Part shown: piece after piece, positions 42,544 through 52,847 of the stretch
Layout: each line of letters opens with the position of its first letter
How positions within the stretch are numbered: the stretch's first letter is position 1
Assembly: GCA_963774705.1 (NCBI GenBank)
Contig: CAVZFW010000002.1
Coordinates: 283,236-347,235, forward strand
Reading direction: 5' to 3'
From: an uncultured delta proteobacterium
GTDB lineage: Bacteria > Desulfobacterota > Binatia > Binatales > Binataceae
DNA length: 64,000 nt
Made by a program: the position numbers and the translations under genes
The notes under the pieces: model-generated
Database searches by the model: none
The model's input: the letters and a program-made list of their open reading frames with translations, nothing else
What the model was told of the DNA's origin: nothing

Positions 42544-43869
42544 TCAATCGGGTCCGACCGGCAGCATCACGCAAAACGTCATCCCGCGCGGCTGGACGTC
42601 CGTCGGCTTCAGATTGAGTGGGCGACCATTGCCGTTCAACGTCAGACTGCTGACGGCCGGTGGCCGGGCGACCGGGACGGACCGCGCCGCGCGGGAGCAT
42701 CGAGCCGCGCTCGGCCCATAGTTTGCCGCCATGGAGCGCAACAATCCGCTGGCTCAGTACGAGACCCAGACCGGTGCCCGAGGGTTTCGTCGTGTAAAAA
42801 GGAGTGAAAAGCTGTTTTACGTCGGCCGCCGACATGCCCCCGCCCGTATCGCTGACCTCGACACGCAGGAACTGTCGCCGCTTCCCGCCCTGCGCACTGA
42901 TGCGGAATTGATTCTCGATCGCGGTGCGCAGGCGGATCGTCCCTCGCGACGGCGGTTCCCCCGATGGTCGACGAGCCGGAATCGGCCGATGACTGCGGCT
43001 CTGCTTCGAGCGTGCACCCGGCGAGGAGAGTGAGGGACCCGTCGCCATGCACCGCCTCGATCGCCTCGCGGGCGTTGCGGATGAGATTCAGGAAGACCCG
43101 TTCGAGCGCCGCCGGATCGCCGTTTACCTCGGGCAGGCTGGGATCGAAATCCTGCTCGATCACTATGTCTTCGGTCGTACTCAACAGCAGCCCGGCCATC
43201 CGCAGCGCCTGATGCAACACCTGATGGATATTGAACGGTTCACGCTTGAGCCGTTGCGGATTCGTCGCTGCCAGCACCTGCTCGACGAGCCCCGCGATGC
43301 GGTTGACCCCGTCCAGAATCAGCCCGCAGTAGAGTTTGGCGCGGGCGTCGTCCGGGAACATCCCGCTCAACAGTTCGGCTGCCCCCTTAATCCCCGTGAG
43401 CGGATTCTTGACCTCATGGGCGAGCCCCGCTGGCGACAGCCGAAACGCCCTCTCATCCGGGTCGAAGGCCTGCTCGGCGCTCTTCTGATGCGACAGATCG
43501 TGGAAGGACGAGAATCGCCCCCTCGAAATAACCGGCCGGGCTGATTAGCGGCGAGACCTCCGCGTGAACCGCGATCGAGCTGGTGCTCGAGCACCAGCAG
43601 CGCCTCGGGATTATCCAGGCTCTGTCCACTTTGCAGACACAGATCCACCATTCGTCGGAGCCACGGATTGCGCCGCATCAACCGACCCAGCTTCGCGCGG
43701 TCGATCTGGGAGGCTTCCAGCGTGGTCTTCGGCGGCGGCGTTGACCGCGATCGGATCGAGACGTCGGCGACAAGACGATGACCGCGTCGTTCAGGCAGTC
43801 GAAGATTTCGATGCCACAGGTCCAATTTGCGCGAAGCCCGGCAACGGCCTGCCGCGACGAATTTAGCAT
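42544..43869 (-). CDS. PAS sensor histidine kinase, NtrB-like (frameshifted)
   Basis: AHEVKNPLTGIKGAAELL, FLNLIRNA, VSDTGGG, FTPFYTTK, GTGLGL. Confidence 0.85.
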
Positions 43870-43969
43870 AAAGCCGCAGACCAACTAAGCCCATAGGCAT
43901 TAGCGTTGAGTGAGGATTGTGATGCGCTAACGCTACGACCGCGTCCGCGAGTCAACTAGAATTAAACGC

Positions 43970-43978
43970 TGTGGATAA
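43970..43978 (-). promoter_or_regulatory. Single perfect DnaA box
   Basis: TGTGGATAA (= TTATCCACA) in the divergent intergenic region, next to an AT-rich tract. Confidence 0.35.
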
Positions 43979-44118
43979 GCGGCGTATTGAAGATTTGCTG
44001 TGTACAGATATTAGATTTTTTTATTCTTATGGGGTTGATCCAGCTGTCGGCTGGCCGATAGGGTTAGCGACAATTTGGTGACACTCTTCAAAAAATCGGG
44101 ACACGGTCATCACCGCTA

Positions 44119-45063
44119 ATGGCGGCTCTGGCGCTGACGCTCTCTGGCTGCGCTTCCACCGCCAACGTCCAGTCCGACCCCAACACGGCGATGACGGTGA
44201 GCGGTCAGCCGACGGAGCCGGACTCAGCTGCCCGCCGCGCGAGATCCGCTCCGATCGCGGGTTCCGCCGAATATATTGGCGGCGACCGAGATGCCGTTCG
44301 TTCGGAGCCATCCCAAGTCGGTCGCGCCCTTTCCGCTGGTTCTGAATCGCACCGTCCAGCAATACGTCAAGCAATACGCCGTCGCAGCCGCAGGGCTTGC
44401 AACAGTCGTTTCGCCGCAGCAAGCCGTACATGGCCGATATGGTCCGTGAACTGGAAAATGACGGATTGCCGCCCGACCTGATTTACCTGGCGTTCGCCGA
44501 GAGCGGCTTCTCGCCCAAGGGCGACGGTCCCTGGCAGCTTGAGAAAGCGACCGCCGCGCCGCTTCGGCCTGACCATCGACCAATGGGTGGACGAGCGCCG
44601 CGACCCGGTCAAATCGACTCGCGCGGCCGCCGAGTACCTCGCCACGCTGCACGATGCCAGCGGCGCCGACTGGCGGATGACGCTGGTCGCCTGGAACAAC
44701 GGCGATCGATCGATCGATCGATACGCGCGCCTGCGCAATGCCAGCTACGATCGGATGATGGCGAAGTTGCCGCATCATACGCGTTCGCTGATGAATCGCT
44801 TCATGGCGGTCGCCCTGATCGCGCGTCATGCCAACGACTACGGACTCGACGAGGTAAGCTTCAACCAGCCGCCGCATTATCGGGTCTTCAAGGTCAAGGG
44901 CGGGACCCTGTTGAGTTATGTCGCCAAGCAGACCAACGTGACGGTCGAGGCGATTCGGCACGCGAATCCGGCGTTGCTGCGCGACCGCGTACCGACCAAT
45001 GTCGAGAGTTACGAGGTTCGCGTGCCCGACGACGAGCTGCAGGCGCAACTCTCAGAGTACTAA
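44119..45063 (+). CDS. Lytic transglycosylase MltD-like lipoprotein with LysM (frameshifted)
   Basis: Lipobox LSGC, YLAFAESGF, GPWQ, VDERRDPVKSTRAAAEYL, AWNNG, LysM-like C-terminus. Confidence 0.82.
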
Positions 45064-45334
45064 GCCCACCACAGTTCCATAGTCCGCCAGCCCATTCGTT
45101 CGCCGAAGGTGCCTTCGCGCCCGGGATTCCGCCGGTACGCTGCCGGTGTCCACCACGCGCGATCGAGGTTTCGCGCAACCTTTTGCCGAAGTCGCCGCTC
45201 ATCACTTTGCTAGGTGCTCTCGTTCAGGTTCAAAACGAGCGGTCGGCCAAGTATCCTTGAGGCTAGCGGGCTTTGGCAGGCGATACTTTCGAGGTCATCG
45301 GCGCGAACCCGGATTTGCGTTAAGAGGCAGTATT

Positions 45335-46610
45335 ATGACCAGTGCGGACGAGGCCCTCCAAATCGTTCTCGATAACGTCGCTCCGCTCGGCGTCGAGCGC
45401 CTCTCGATTACCGCCGCGCTCGACCGAACGCTCGCCGAGGAAGTCCATTCGCCGCGCGACATTCCGGGCTTCGATAACTCCGCGATGGACGGCTACGCGG
45501 TGCGCGCCGCGGATGTCGCGGCGGCCAGCGAGGCCAATCCGGTGCGCCTCGAAGTGCTCGAGACCGTCGCCGCCGGCATGATGCCGTCGCGACAGGTCGC
45601 GGCCGGGACAGGCCGTTCGCACGATGACGGGAGCGCCGATCGCGGCGGGCGCCGACACGATCGTGCCGGTCGAGCGCACGCGCAGCGATGGTAATTTCGT
45701 CGAAGTGATGGCGATCGCCGAGGCGCGGCGCTTTCGTGCGCCCGCGCGGCGAGGATCTGCGCCGTGACGAACTCGTGATGAGCGCCGGCAAGACGCTCAG
45801 CCCGTCGGACCTCGGGATGCTGGCGGCGTTGAATCGGTCGATGGTCGATGTTTGGCGGCGTCCGCGAGTCGCGATCGTCGCGACCGGCGATGAACTGGTT
45901 GACGTCGATCAGATTCCGACCGGCGCGCAGATCGTGAACTCGAGCGCCTACGCGCTGGCCGGGTGCGATTCGCGAGGCCGGCGGCGAGCCGGTGATGCTC
46001 AAGGTGGCGCGCGATACGCCCGACGAAGTCCGCGCGCGCCTGGCGGAGGCGCTCGCCTTCGACGTCGTGCTCTCGACCGGCGGCGTCTCGGTCGGCCAGT
46101 TCGACCACGTCAAAGGCGTGCTCGACGAACTCGGCTTGCGCCAGCTTTTCCATGGCGTCGCGCAAAAGCCGGGACGCCCGCTCAAGTTCGGCACCATCGG
46201 CGGCCGGCCGATCTTCGGCCTGCCCGGGAAATCCGGTCTCGACGATGGTTTGCTTCTACCTTTACGTCCGGCCCGCGCTGCGGCGGATGAGTGGGGCGAC
46301 TGAGGCCGGACTGCCGCGGGTAACAGTCCGATGCGCGACCGAAATCCGTATCGCCGCGAATCTGACCGAATTTGTGCGGGTGCGCCTGGAGCGCCGCGAT
46401 GGGGAGGTTTACGCGACTCCCACCGGCTACCAGGGCTCGGGAGTGCTAAGTTCGCTCTCGCGCGCCGATGCGCTGCTGATCGGGCCGGCGGCCGTGAGCA
46501 TGTCTGAAGGCGGGCGATCAGGCGACGGTGCTGCTGCTGGTGCCCGGGCGCGGGCGTCGACTGCACGACGACTCTTCGAGGGGCGGCCGCCTCGACGCCA
46601 GATGAATTGA
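45335..46610 (+). CDS. moeA: Molybdopterin molybdenumtransferase (frameshifted)
   Basis: FDNSAMDGYAVR, MTGAP, VAIVATGDEL, STGGVSVG, KPGRP, PGNPVS, QGSG. Confidence 0.92.
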
Positions 46611-46806
46611 ATCACCAGCGTCAGGACCGCGCCGAAGACCATCGAGGAGATCACGATGGTGCTGACCTTGACGATTGGGCTGCAGCAATCCGGGAATTAT
46701 GTGGACGATGACGATTTGCTCGAGATTGCTGCCGATGACGTAGCCCAGCCACAAGATCAAAATCGCGGCCGCCCAGAATTTCGGTTGCTTCCAGAACTCG
46801 AGTCAT
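46518..46806 (-). CDS. Small 2-TM membrane protein, LapA-like (frameshifted)
   Basis: GGAGG RBS; FWAAAILILWLGYVIGSNLEQIV...IVISSMVFGAVLTLVIQFIWRR; end uncertain. Confidence 0.5.
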
Positions 46807-46904
46807 CGCGATCCCTCCGCAAATGCAATCCCTGAAAGCTTGGATTGTCGCCTCGCCAATGTCAACGTGAACCGCGATGCGACTTGGATTAAAGCAGGCG
46901 GTCG

Positions 46905-47388
46905 ATGCGATTTAGAGTAGGGCAGGGCTTCGATTTCCATCCGCTGGAAGCCGGCCGCAAGCTGGTATTGGGCGGCGTCGAGATCGCGCATACCGCAGGA
47001 CTGCGCGGCCATTCGGATGCCGACGTCGCGGCTCATGCACTGGCCAACGCGATTCTCGGAGCGCTTGGGATTAGGCGACCTCGGACAGCATTTTCCCGAC
47101 AACGATCCGCACTACAAGAACGCCGATAGCATCACGTTGCTGGAGACCGTGTGGCAGCGGGCGACCGACCTTGGATGGTCGCTGGTCAACGCCGACGTGA
47201 CTATCTTCGCGGCGCAGCCGAAGCTGGCGCCGCATCTGCCGGCGATGCGCGCGCGACTCGCGCGGCAGCGCTCGGCAAGACCGCAGACGCTGGTCAACGT
47301 CAAGGCGTCGAATCCCGAGGGCCTCGGCGCGCTGGGGCGCGGCGAAGGGATGGCCGCCGCCGCCATCGTGATGCTACAGGCGAATTGA
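46905..47388 (+). CDS. ispF: 2-C-methyl-D-erythritol 2,4-cyclodiphosphate synthase (frameshifted)
   Basis: [35 protein letters not shown]. Confidence 0.95.
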
Positions 47389-47500
47389 TTGCCGCGTCCG
47401 CGGACGACAAAAGTTCAGTCGTGCGGTCTTCTGGCGACCCGCACTCGGCGGTCGAACTTCACCAGAATCACTCCCGCTGACGGCCGCCCGCGAGCATTGG

Positions 47501-48055
47501 CCAGGGAGAGGTCGGCGAATGCGTGCCGCGCACGCATTTGCTGGGTGAGGCAGCCTGCCGGGTGAGGGTAGTCGTATGGCTCGTGCAGTCGATCCACGCT
47601 GGATTCCGCACGTTCGAGCGCGCCAACTACGGCGCGATGAAACCGAGGCCGAAGCCAAGTTATGGGCCCGTCTGCGCAATGCGGGCCTCAACGGCGCGAA
47701 ATTCCGGCGGCAATTTCCGATTGGGGAATTCATCGCTGACTTCTGCTGTTCGAAGCGCCGACTCGTGATCGAACTCGACGGTGGTCAGCACGCCGAACAA
47801 GTGCAGCGGGATGAATGGCGGAGCGCTCTGTTGGCTCAGCACGGATATCGGGTGGTGAGATTCTGGAACGAGGAGATCATCGACAACCTGGATGGAGTAT
47901 TGGAGCGGACACTGGAGGAACTAAAGAGGGGCGTGCGCTAAGGCGAGAGTGCCTCACTCGGCCGAGTAGATGAGCAATGCGAGGCTGCCCTCACCCGGCT
48001 TCAGCGAACTGAAGTTCGCCTCAGCCGACCTCTCCCTGGACAAGGAGAGGTGTTG
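47501..48055. mobile_element. Putative DUF559-nuclease element bounded by inverted structured repeats
   Basis: Left arm CCAGGGAGAGGTCGGC-hairpin-GGGTGAGG(G) 47501-47568; right arm inverted 47987-48055; solo copies at 14989 and 16124. Confidence 0.6.
47576..47941 (+). CDS. DUF559 / Vsr-like endonuclease
   Basis: ARQLRRDETEAEAKLW, KFRRQFPIGEFIADF, LVIELDGGQH, GYRVVRFWN. Confidence 0.92.
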   Translation: MARAVDPRWIPHVRARQLRRDETEAEAKLWARLRNAGLNGAKFRRQFPIGEFIADFCCSKRRLVIELDGGQHAEQVQRDEWRSALLAQHGYRVVRFWNEEIIDNLDGVLERTLEELKRGVR

Positions 48056-48190
48056 GGGAGGGAATGTCGGCGGACGTGAAGGTTGGGTGTTGGGAAGGAG
48101 CATCGGGGAACGTGACCGTGGGTGTTGGCAAGGAAGTTTGGCGGACGTGAAGGGTTGGGTCTTTGGAAGAGACTTCGGCGAACGGCGTGG
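48049..48190. repeat. Degenerate 35/37-bp tandem repeat (ABAB)
   Basis: Units starting GGTGTTGG at 48049, 48086, 48121 and GGTCTTTGG at 48158. Confidence 0.7.
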
Positions 48191-48306
48191 AGGCGGCTCA
48201 ATGAACAGGAAGGTTTTAACCGCCGGGGCGCTTGGCCATGACGAGATGCTACTCGACGCCGAAGGCGAAGTATCGGGCGCGAGGCTGCATTCCGCAAGCG
48301 TCACCA

Positions 48307-48556
48307 AATTCAATTGGAAAGCGCCGATGTCACATTTGCAGGTGAGTCGTCGTACTACGTTCCGCACGCGTTACGAACTTAACTGGAAAGTGCCGATATC
48401 ACATTTGCCGGTGAGTCGTCGTACTGCGTTCCGCAGGCGTTACAAACTCGACTGGAAGGCCACGATGTCACATTTGCAGGTGAGTCGTCGTACTACGTTC
48501 CGCACGCGTTACGAACTTAACTGGAAAGCGCCGATATCACATTCGCAGGTGAGTCG
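48307..48556. repeat. 69-bp tandem repeat, 3.6 copies
   Basis: Units at 48307, 48376, 48445, 48514 (partial); core GATRTCACATTYGCMGGTGAGTCG. Confidence 0.95.
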
Positions 48557-48831
48557 CTTTACGCCGCGCTGATCGGTCGGCAGGCAATGGCCACCGATGT
48601 CGTTGGGGCCGCGGGGTTGCCGGCCTTTAGCGTGGGTGAACCCGTCTGCGGCTCCTGCGTCTCGGTCGTGCCGGGCAGATTCAGGAATAGCGGCTGCAGG
48701 AGCGGGTCCCGCCCATCGATGTCGGTCGAGGCCTTACCACTGATAGAACATCCGCTCGTATCGAAAAACAGGTTGTAGCCGGTCGAATCCCGGTTGTCGT
48801 CACAATCGGGCGCCATGGTGGTGCCGGGCAC
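48509..48831 (-). pseudogene. Remnant choice-of-anchor-Q (DQRG...CDIGAF) C-terminal domain
   Basis: STGYNLFFDTSGCSI, DPLLQPL, GSPTLKAG, then after an indel CLPTDQRGVKRLTCECDIGAFQLSS*. Confidence 0.75.
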
Positions 48832-49395
48832 TTCACCAGAACGATACTTATAACACTACTTTGGTTCTTGGCGCGGACTGCTGGCAAAAGTAAGCAAGCG
48901 TGTTCCGCAATCGAGTGAGTCTTGCACCGTCGGCACCGAGTGGTACCGAAGAATCTGCTCTTTTTGTTCCTTCGCGAATCTAGTCGGTTCATTTCCCGAC
49001 TGCTCAACAAAATTTCGGTTGGCCGTCATTTGGAGTCGCTCCGGTGCGAATGTGTCGGTGAATTGTCACCTCATTGCACCAACGCCGTAACGATACGTTA
49101 CACCTCCGACAAATAGCGGACAGACAGTCATTGTTGGTCTATTAAGGAGAATATAGAAAATGTCAGGCAGTCAAATGGTTTCAAAATTGCGTAATGCACT
49201 TTTCGTGATTAATAAGTCTGTTTCACTAACGCAATGGTCTTTTGGGCAACCCAGAAGAGTCAGGGCATCGAGGTCAGCTGAATCTGCCGATCAGCGTGGG
49301 CGAAACAGGTTTATTCGCCGGTGCTGATCAAGTGAGTCGAGCTCCTGCGGACCGAAGTCAAAGTTTCAAATGGACAGACACAAAGGAGGACAGGT

Positions 49396-51321
49396 ATGGG
49401 TACATCGCGGTCGAGTAACAGATTGAAATTGCTTCGGAGGGTGGCAGGCCTATGCAGTGCGTTAGCATTGATTATGAGCCTGGCCACGAATTCGAATGCA
49501 CAGGTAGTGTTTTCCAAGGTACTGAACAATAAGGTTTCCGATCCGCTCGGCGGATTTCTCAATGCCGACCCGAATACACCAATCGCGATCGACGGCAGCG
49601 GTATCGCGTTTCGCAGCCTGGGAGTGGCCGCGCCGGAAATGTGGTCGAGCGATCTGGGCGGGTCGAGCCTGGTCAATCTGGCGAATCGAACGTCGCTATT
49701 ACCCGGCCTGCTGCATATCGGCAACCTGTCGAATATCGATCAGGCAGCGCCGATCGCGCGTAACGGGGTGGTGCTTTTCACCGCCGCGGACCATTCGTGC
49801 GGGACGAAGCTGCTGGGCAATTGCGGCGGTTTGTGGACCACGCCGCTTGGCGCAGCGACTTACTCCCTGATCGCGAGCGGTTCGATTCTGGATCCGAGTC
49901 TGTTGCTGACCAGTTTCTATTTTGGCAGCGACGGCTCCACGTACAATTTCGATCTCGACGACGTCGCGTCCAAGGCGGTCTTTGAAGCCGACAGTGCGTT
50001 GTTGGGGCTGCTGGGCGCCAGCCACGGAATTTACCTCGAAAATCTCAACGGCACCGGGCTCACGACCATCGCCGATAACGCAGACGGCTTTATCGTGCAT
50101 CCGGGCTCGGGCGATCCAATTATCAATTTCGAGGATCCGGCCCTATCGAACAGCACGACGGCATTTGTTGGCCGGGCGGCGGATAACCTGAAGCAGGGCC
50201 TCTACACCTTCCCGGCTACGACCATTGTGCTGGGCGACGGATCGCCGCCGTTCAGTGAAATTCTGAGTTCAGTCGGGAAACTGCCGGGCGATCCCCACGG
50301 CGGTGACAATTTTATAAACTTCCTGTCACCCTCGCTTCAACTGGTCGGCAATACCCTCGCGTTCGTCGCCACTAACGCGATTTCAAACGCGACTTATGCC
50401 GGAGTTTTCGTGGTTGATACCGGTACGGGCGTCATCAAGAAGATCATCTCGAACGCGGATACTCTGCCGGGCATGGGAACGCTGTTGCCGAATTTCACTT
50501 ATGCAATCGACAGCCTTGGAGATATTGTTTTCAAAGCTACCGACGGTTCGCATGCCGGGTATTTCCTCGCCAAGATCGTCGGCGGAACCGTGCAAATTGC
50601 TCAAATTGTGGTTAGCGGGCAGCCGATCACAGTGGCCGGCAGTACGGTAACGCCCCTTCTCACGGACATCGTCGATCTCGGCAAATTCGCCATCAGCGAT
50701 TCCCATTTTGTCTTCGTGATAGCGAGCAATCTGATCGAAGTCGTATTGGCTGACCTGACGAACGCAACACCGATTCCGACGCCGACACCTACTCCAACGC
50801 CGACGCCTACTCCGACATCGACGCCGACGACCACTCCAACGGGAACGCCGACACCGACGCCGACCGGTACTCCCACGGGGACGCCGACGCCGACTCCTAC
50901 TGGAACGCCAACGCCGACGCCGACCGGTACCCCGACGCCGACGCCCACTCCGAAACCAACGCCGACCCCGACGCCAAAGCCGGTAGCGGCGAATATTGGA
51001 GCGAAGCCGGGGATCATCTTCTTCGGCAAGGGTCCAATCGGTGCGACGAGCCTGCCGCGGAAGGTCACGCTGAAGAACCTTTCATCACGGAAGTTTCCGG
51101 TGCCGATTACGATTCAGTCGGTGGGCATCCGGGGGCCCTTCGCGATCTTCTCCGATAGTTGCAGCGGACACGTGCTCAACACTTCGGGCGCGAAATGCAC
51201 CATCTCGGTGATCTACAAGCCCGACGCCCTCGGTCCGCAGGGGGGTACGGTGACTGTGATTCACAACGCACGTCGTTCGCCGCATAGCGTGCGAGTGCAG
51301 GGACGCGGAATGACGCCGTAA
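49396..51321 (+). CDS. Secreted surface protein: beta-rich domain, PT-rich linker, C-terminal Ig-like (ASH/choice-of-anchor D-like) domain
   Basis: AAAGGAGG RBS, signal peptide, (PT)n linker, [27 protein letters not shown]. Confidence 0.85.
   Translation: MGTSRSSNRLKLLRRVAGLCSALALIMSLATNSNAQVVFSKVLNNKVSDPLGGFLNADPNTPIAIDGSGIAFRSLGVAAPEMWSSDLGGSSLVNLANRTSLLPGLLHIGNLSNIDQAAPIARNGVVLFTAADHSCGTKLLGNCGGLWTTPLGAATYSLIASGSILDPSLLLTSFYFGSDGSTYNFDLDDVASKAVFEADSALLGLLGASHGIYLENLNGTGLTTIADNADGFIVHPGSGDPIINFEDPALSNSTTAFVGRAADNLKQGLYTFPATTIVLGDGSPPFSEILSSVGKLPGDPHGGDNFINFLSPSLQLVGNTLAFVATNAISNATYAGVFVVDTGTGVIKKIISNADTLPGMGTLLPNFTYAIDSLGDIVFKATDGSHAGYFLAKIVGGTVQIAQIVVSGQPITVAGSTVTPLLTDIVDLGKFAISDSHFVFVIASNLIEVVLADLTNATPIPTPTPTPTPTPTPTSTPTTTPTGTPTPTPTGTPTGTPTPTPTGTPTPTPTGTPTPTPTPKPTPTPTPKPVAANIGAKPGIIFFGKGPIGATSLPRKVTLKNLSSRKFPVPITIQSVGIRGPFAIFSDSCSGHVLNTSGAKCTISVIYKPDALGPQGGTVTVIHNARRSPHSVRVQGRGMTP
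50768..50982 (+). repeat. Coding Pro-Thr linker repeat
   Basis: [10 protein letters not shown]...TPTGTP...[10 protein letters not shown] with synonymous codon variation. Confidence 0.9.
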
Positions 51322-51341
51322 GGTTAGACCGCGCGTTCAAT

Positions 51342-51382
51342 CGACGGGCCGTTCGATACACTCGGACGGCCCGTCGCCTTTT
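51342..51382 (+). terminator. Intrinsic terminator
   Basis: CGACGGGCCGTTCGA/TCGGACGGCCCGTCG stem followed by CCTTTT. Confidence 0.7.
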
Positions 51383-51676
51383 GGGTGTCGGTACTGAGAG
51401 CGTTGCTATCGTCTGCTTCAGGGATGTTGATGGTGCCCGCCTTTTTCCGTTTCAAGCAACACGAATCGACAACGCAGGTCAGCCGAAGAGAAAGAGTTTC
51501 GGTACCGCAAGGGGCGTTTTCGGATCGCGAACCAGAGAAACCGGACCGTCGAGGTCATTTACGACAGAGAGCGCGATGGCGGTCGCGAACTGATGGTCGC
51601 GCACGCAAAATCGAGGCAGAACGGGAGACCCGTTTTTTAATTTTCGATGAGACTGTATGGTTGACGCGCGAGGAGA

Positions 51677-52573
51677 TTGGCCCAGCGGGAACCGATGTGG
51701 AGACATGCTGAAAATCGCTCTGACACTGCGACGGCGGTACCAACGTTCATTGGAGTTGGACCGCCGCGCACCGGTACCACCTGGTTGGACGCGATTCTAC
51801 GCGGACACGTCAATCTGCCCGCCGGGCTCAAAGAGACGCTGTTCTTCGACCAGCGGTATGAGCTCGGGCTGGCGTGGTATCAGTCGCATTTCAGGAGCCT
51901 TCGACCGGGCCTTCCGACCGGCGAATTTGGACCGTCTTACTTTGCCTCGGCCGCCGCGCGCGAGCGGATCGCCCGCGCAATTCCGCACTGCAAGATAATC
52001 TGCACGTTGCGGGAGCCGGTCGCGCGGCTCTACTCGAACTACAAGATGTGGCGGCGGCTTGCGCTGGTTAAGGATTCCTTCGCGGGGGTGGCCGAGCGAC
52101 ATGAAAACCTGTTGGCGTATTCGCGCTACGCGTCCAACATCGCCGCGTGGCGGCAGAGGTTCGGGCGCGACAATACGCTGGTGCTGATCCATGAGGAGGC
52201 GCTGCTGGATCGGCAGCGTTACGTGGATGGTCTGTGCGCGTTTATCGGTGCGGAGCAACTGGACCTGGCGAAGGTCGCTCGGGTTGACGAGAATGTCGTC
52301 ACGGTCGAGCGCGCGCCGAAGAGCCGCCGCATGGCGCGACGCGCCCGTCAACTGCGAGGGTTTCTCGCGGCACATCGGTACTGGCGAACGCGCAACCTGA
52401 TGCTTCCGGTTTTTGAATTTTGGATGGGACGGGGAGAGAGATTTCCGCCGCTCGACGAGGAGCTGGAGACGCATCTGCGAAGCCGTTTCGAACCCGAAAT
52501 CGTGGCGCTCGAGGAATTGCTCGGTCGCGATCTGTCGATCTGGCGCAAGCCCGTGGCGGGATTACGCAAGTAG
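51677..52573 (+). CDS. PAPS-dependent sulfotransferase
   Basis: FIGVGPPRTGTTWL (5'-PSB), KETLFF, LREPVARLYS (3'-PB). Confidence 0.9.
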   Translation: MAQREPMWRHAENRSDTATAVPTFIGVGPPRTGTTWLDAILRGHVNLPAGLKETLFFDQRYELGLAWYQSHFRSLRPGLPTGEFGPSYFASAAARERIARAIPHCKIICTLREPVARLYSNYKMWRRLALVKDSFAGVAERHENLLAYSRYASNIAAWRQRFGRDNTLVLIHEEALLDRQRYVDGLCAFIGAEQLDLAKVARVDENVVTVERAPKSRRMARRARQLRGFLAAHRYWRTRNLMLPVFEFWMGRGERFPPLDEELETHLRSRFEPEIVALEELLGRDLSIWRKPVAGLRK

Positions 52574-52847
52574 CTCCCGCAGCGCAGCGTCCAAGCCGAT
52601 TCTTAAGAGTAAACGATCGTCAGAGAGCGTACCCACGCATGACATACTCAGTTACTTCCGTGTCATAGCCTTCGATCTTCGGCGGAACCTGCTTGCGAAC
52701 CTCTTCGATCTCATCATCGCGGATCTCTTCCGTTGGGCATCTACTGTGACGTTAACACGAGTGCCGCTTTCAAGATCACCTTAATTACAATCCGGAAACA
52801 CCGCGGGTAACTGGCGGCGCGCCCGTCACGTTTTTGATCCGACCGAT

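Noticed and set aside
43960-44035. oriC at the DnaA box plus AT-rich tract
   Set aside because: Only one perfect box seen and no dnaA/dnaN/gidA context; at most a regulatory site
35699-47388. Programmed frameshifting or mass pseudogenisation
   Set aside because: Multiple scattered indels per gene, no consistent slippery sites, and housekeeping genes affected: sequencing error is more parsimonious
48307-48556. 69-bp array as CRISPR array or DGR template/variable repeat
   Set aside because: Units are contiguous with no unique spacers; no cas or reverse transcriptase in the window; differences are not adenine-specific
47970-48572. 200-aa + strand ORF with 23-aa repeats
   Set aside because: Merely reads through the repeat arm and both arrays; the recognisable protein motif is on the minus strand
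50768-50982. PT repeat as a novel DNA repeat
   Set aside because: Ordinary coding linker with synonymous variation
52620-52780. Minus-strand fragment ...IEEVRKQVPPKIEGYDTEVTEYVMRGYAL*
   Set aside because: Protein-like but no start, interrupted and unassignable; probably a decayed remnant
52816-52825. GGCGCGCCCG as an att duplicate of the tRNA-Arg 3' end, defining an island
   Set aside because: Only 10 bp of GC-rich match and no integrase
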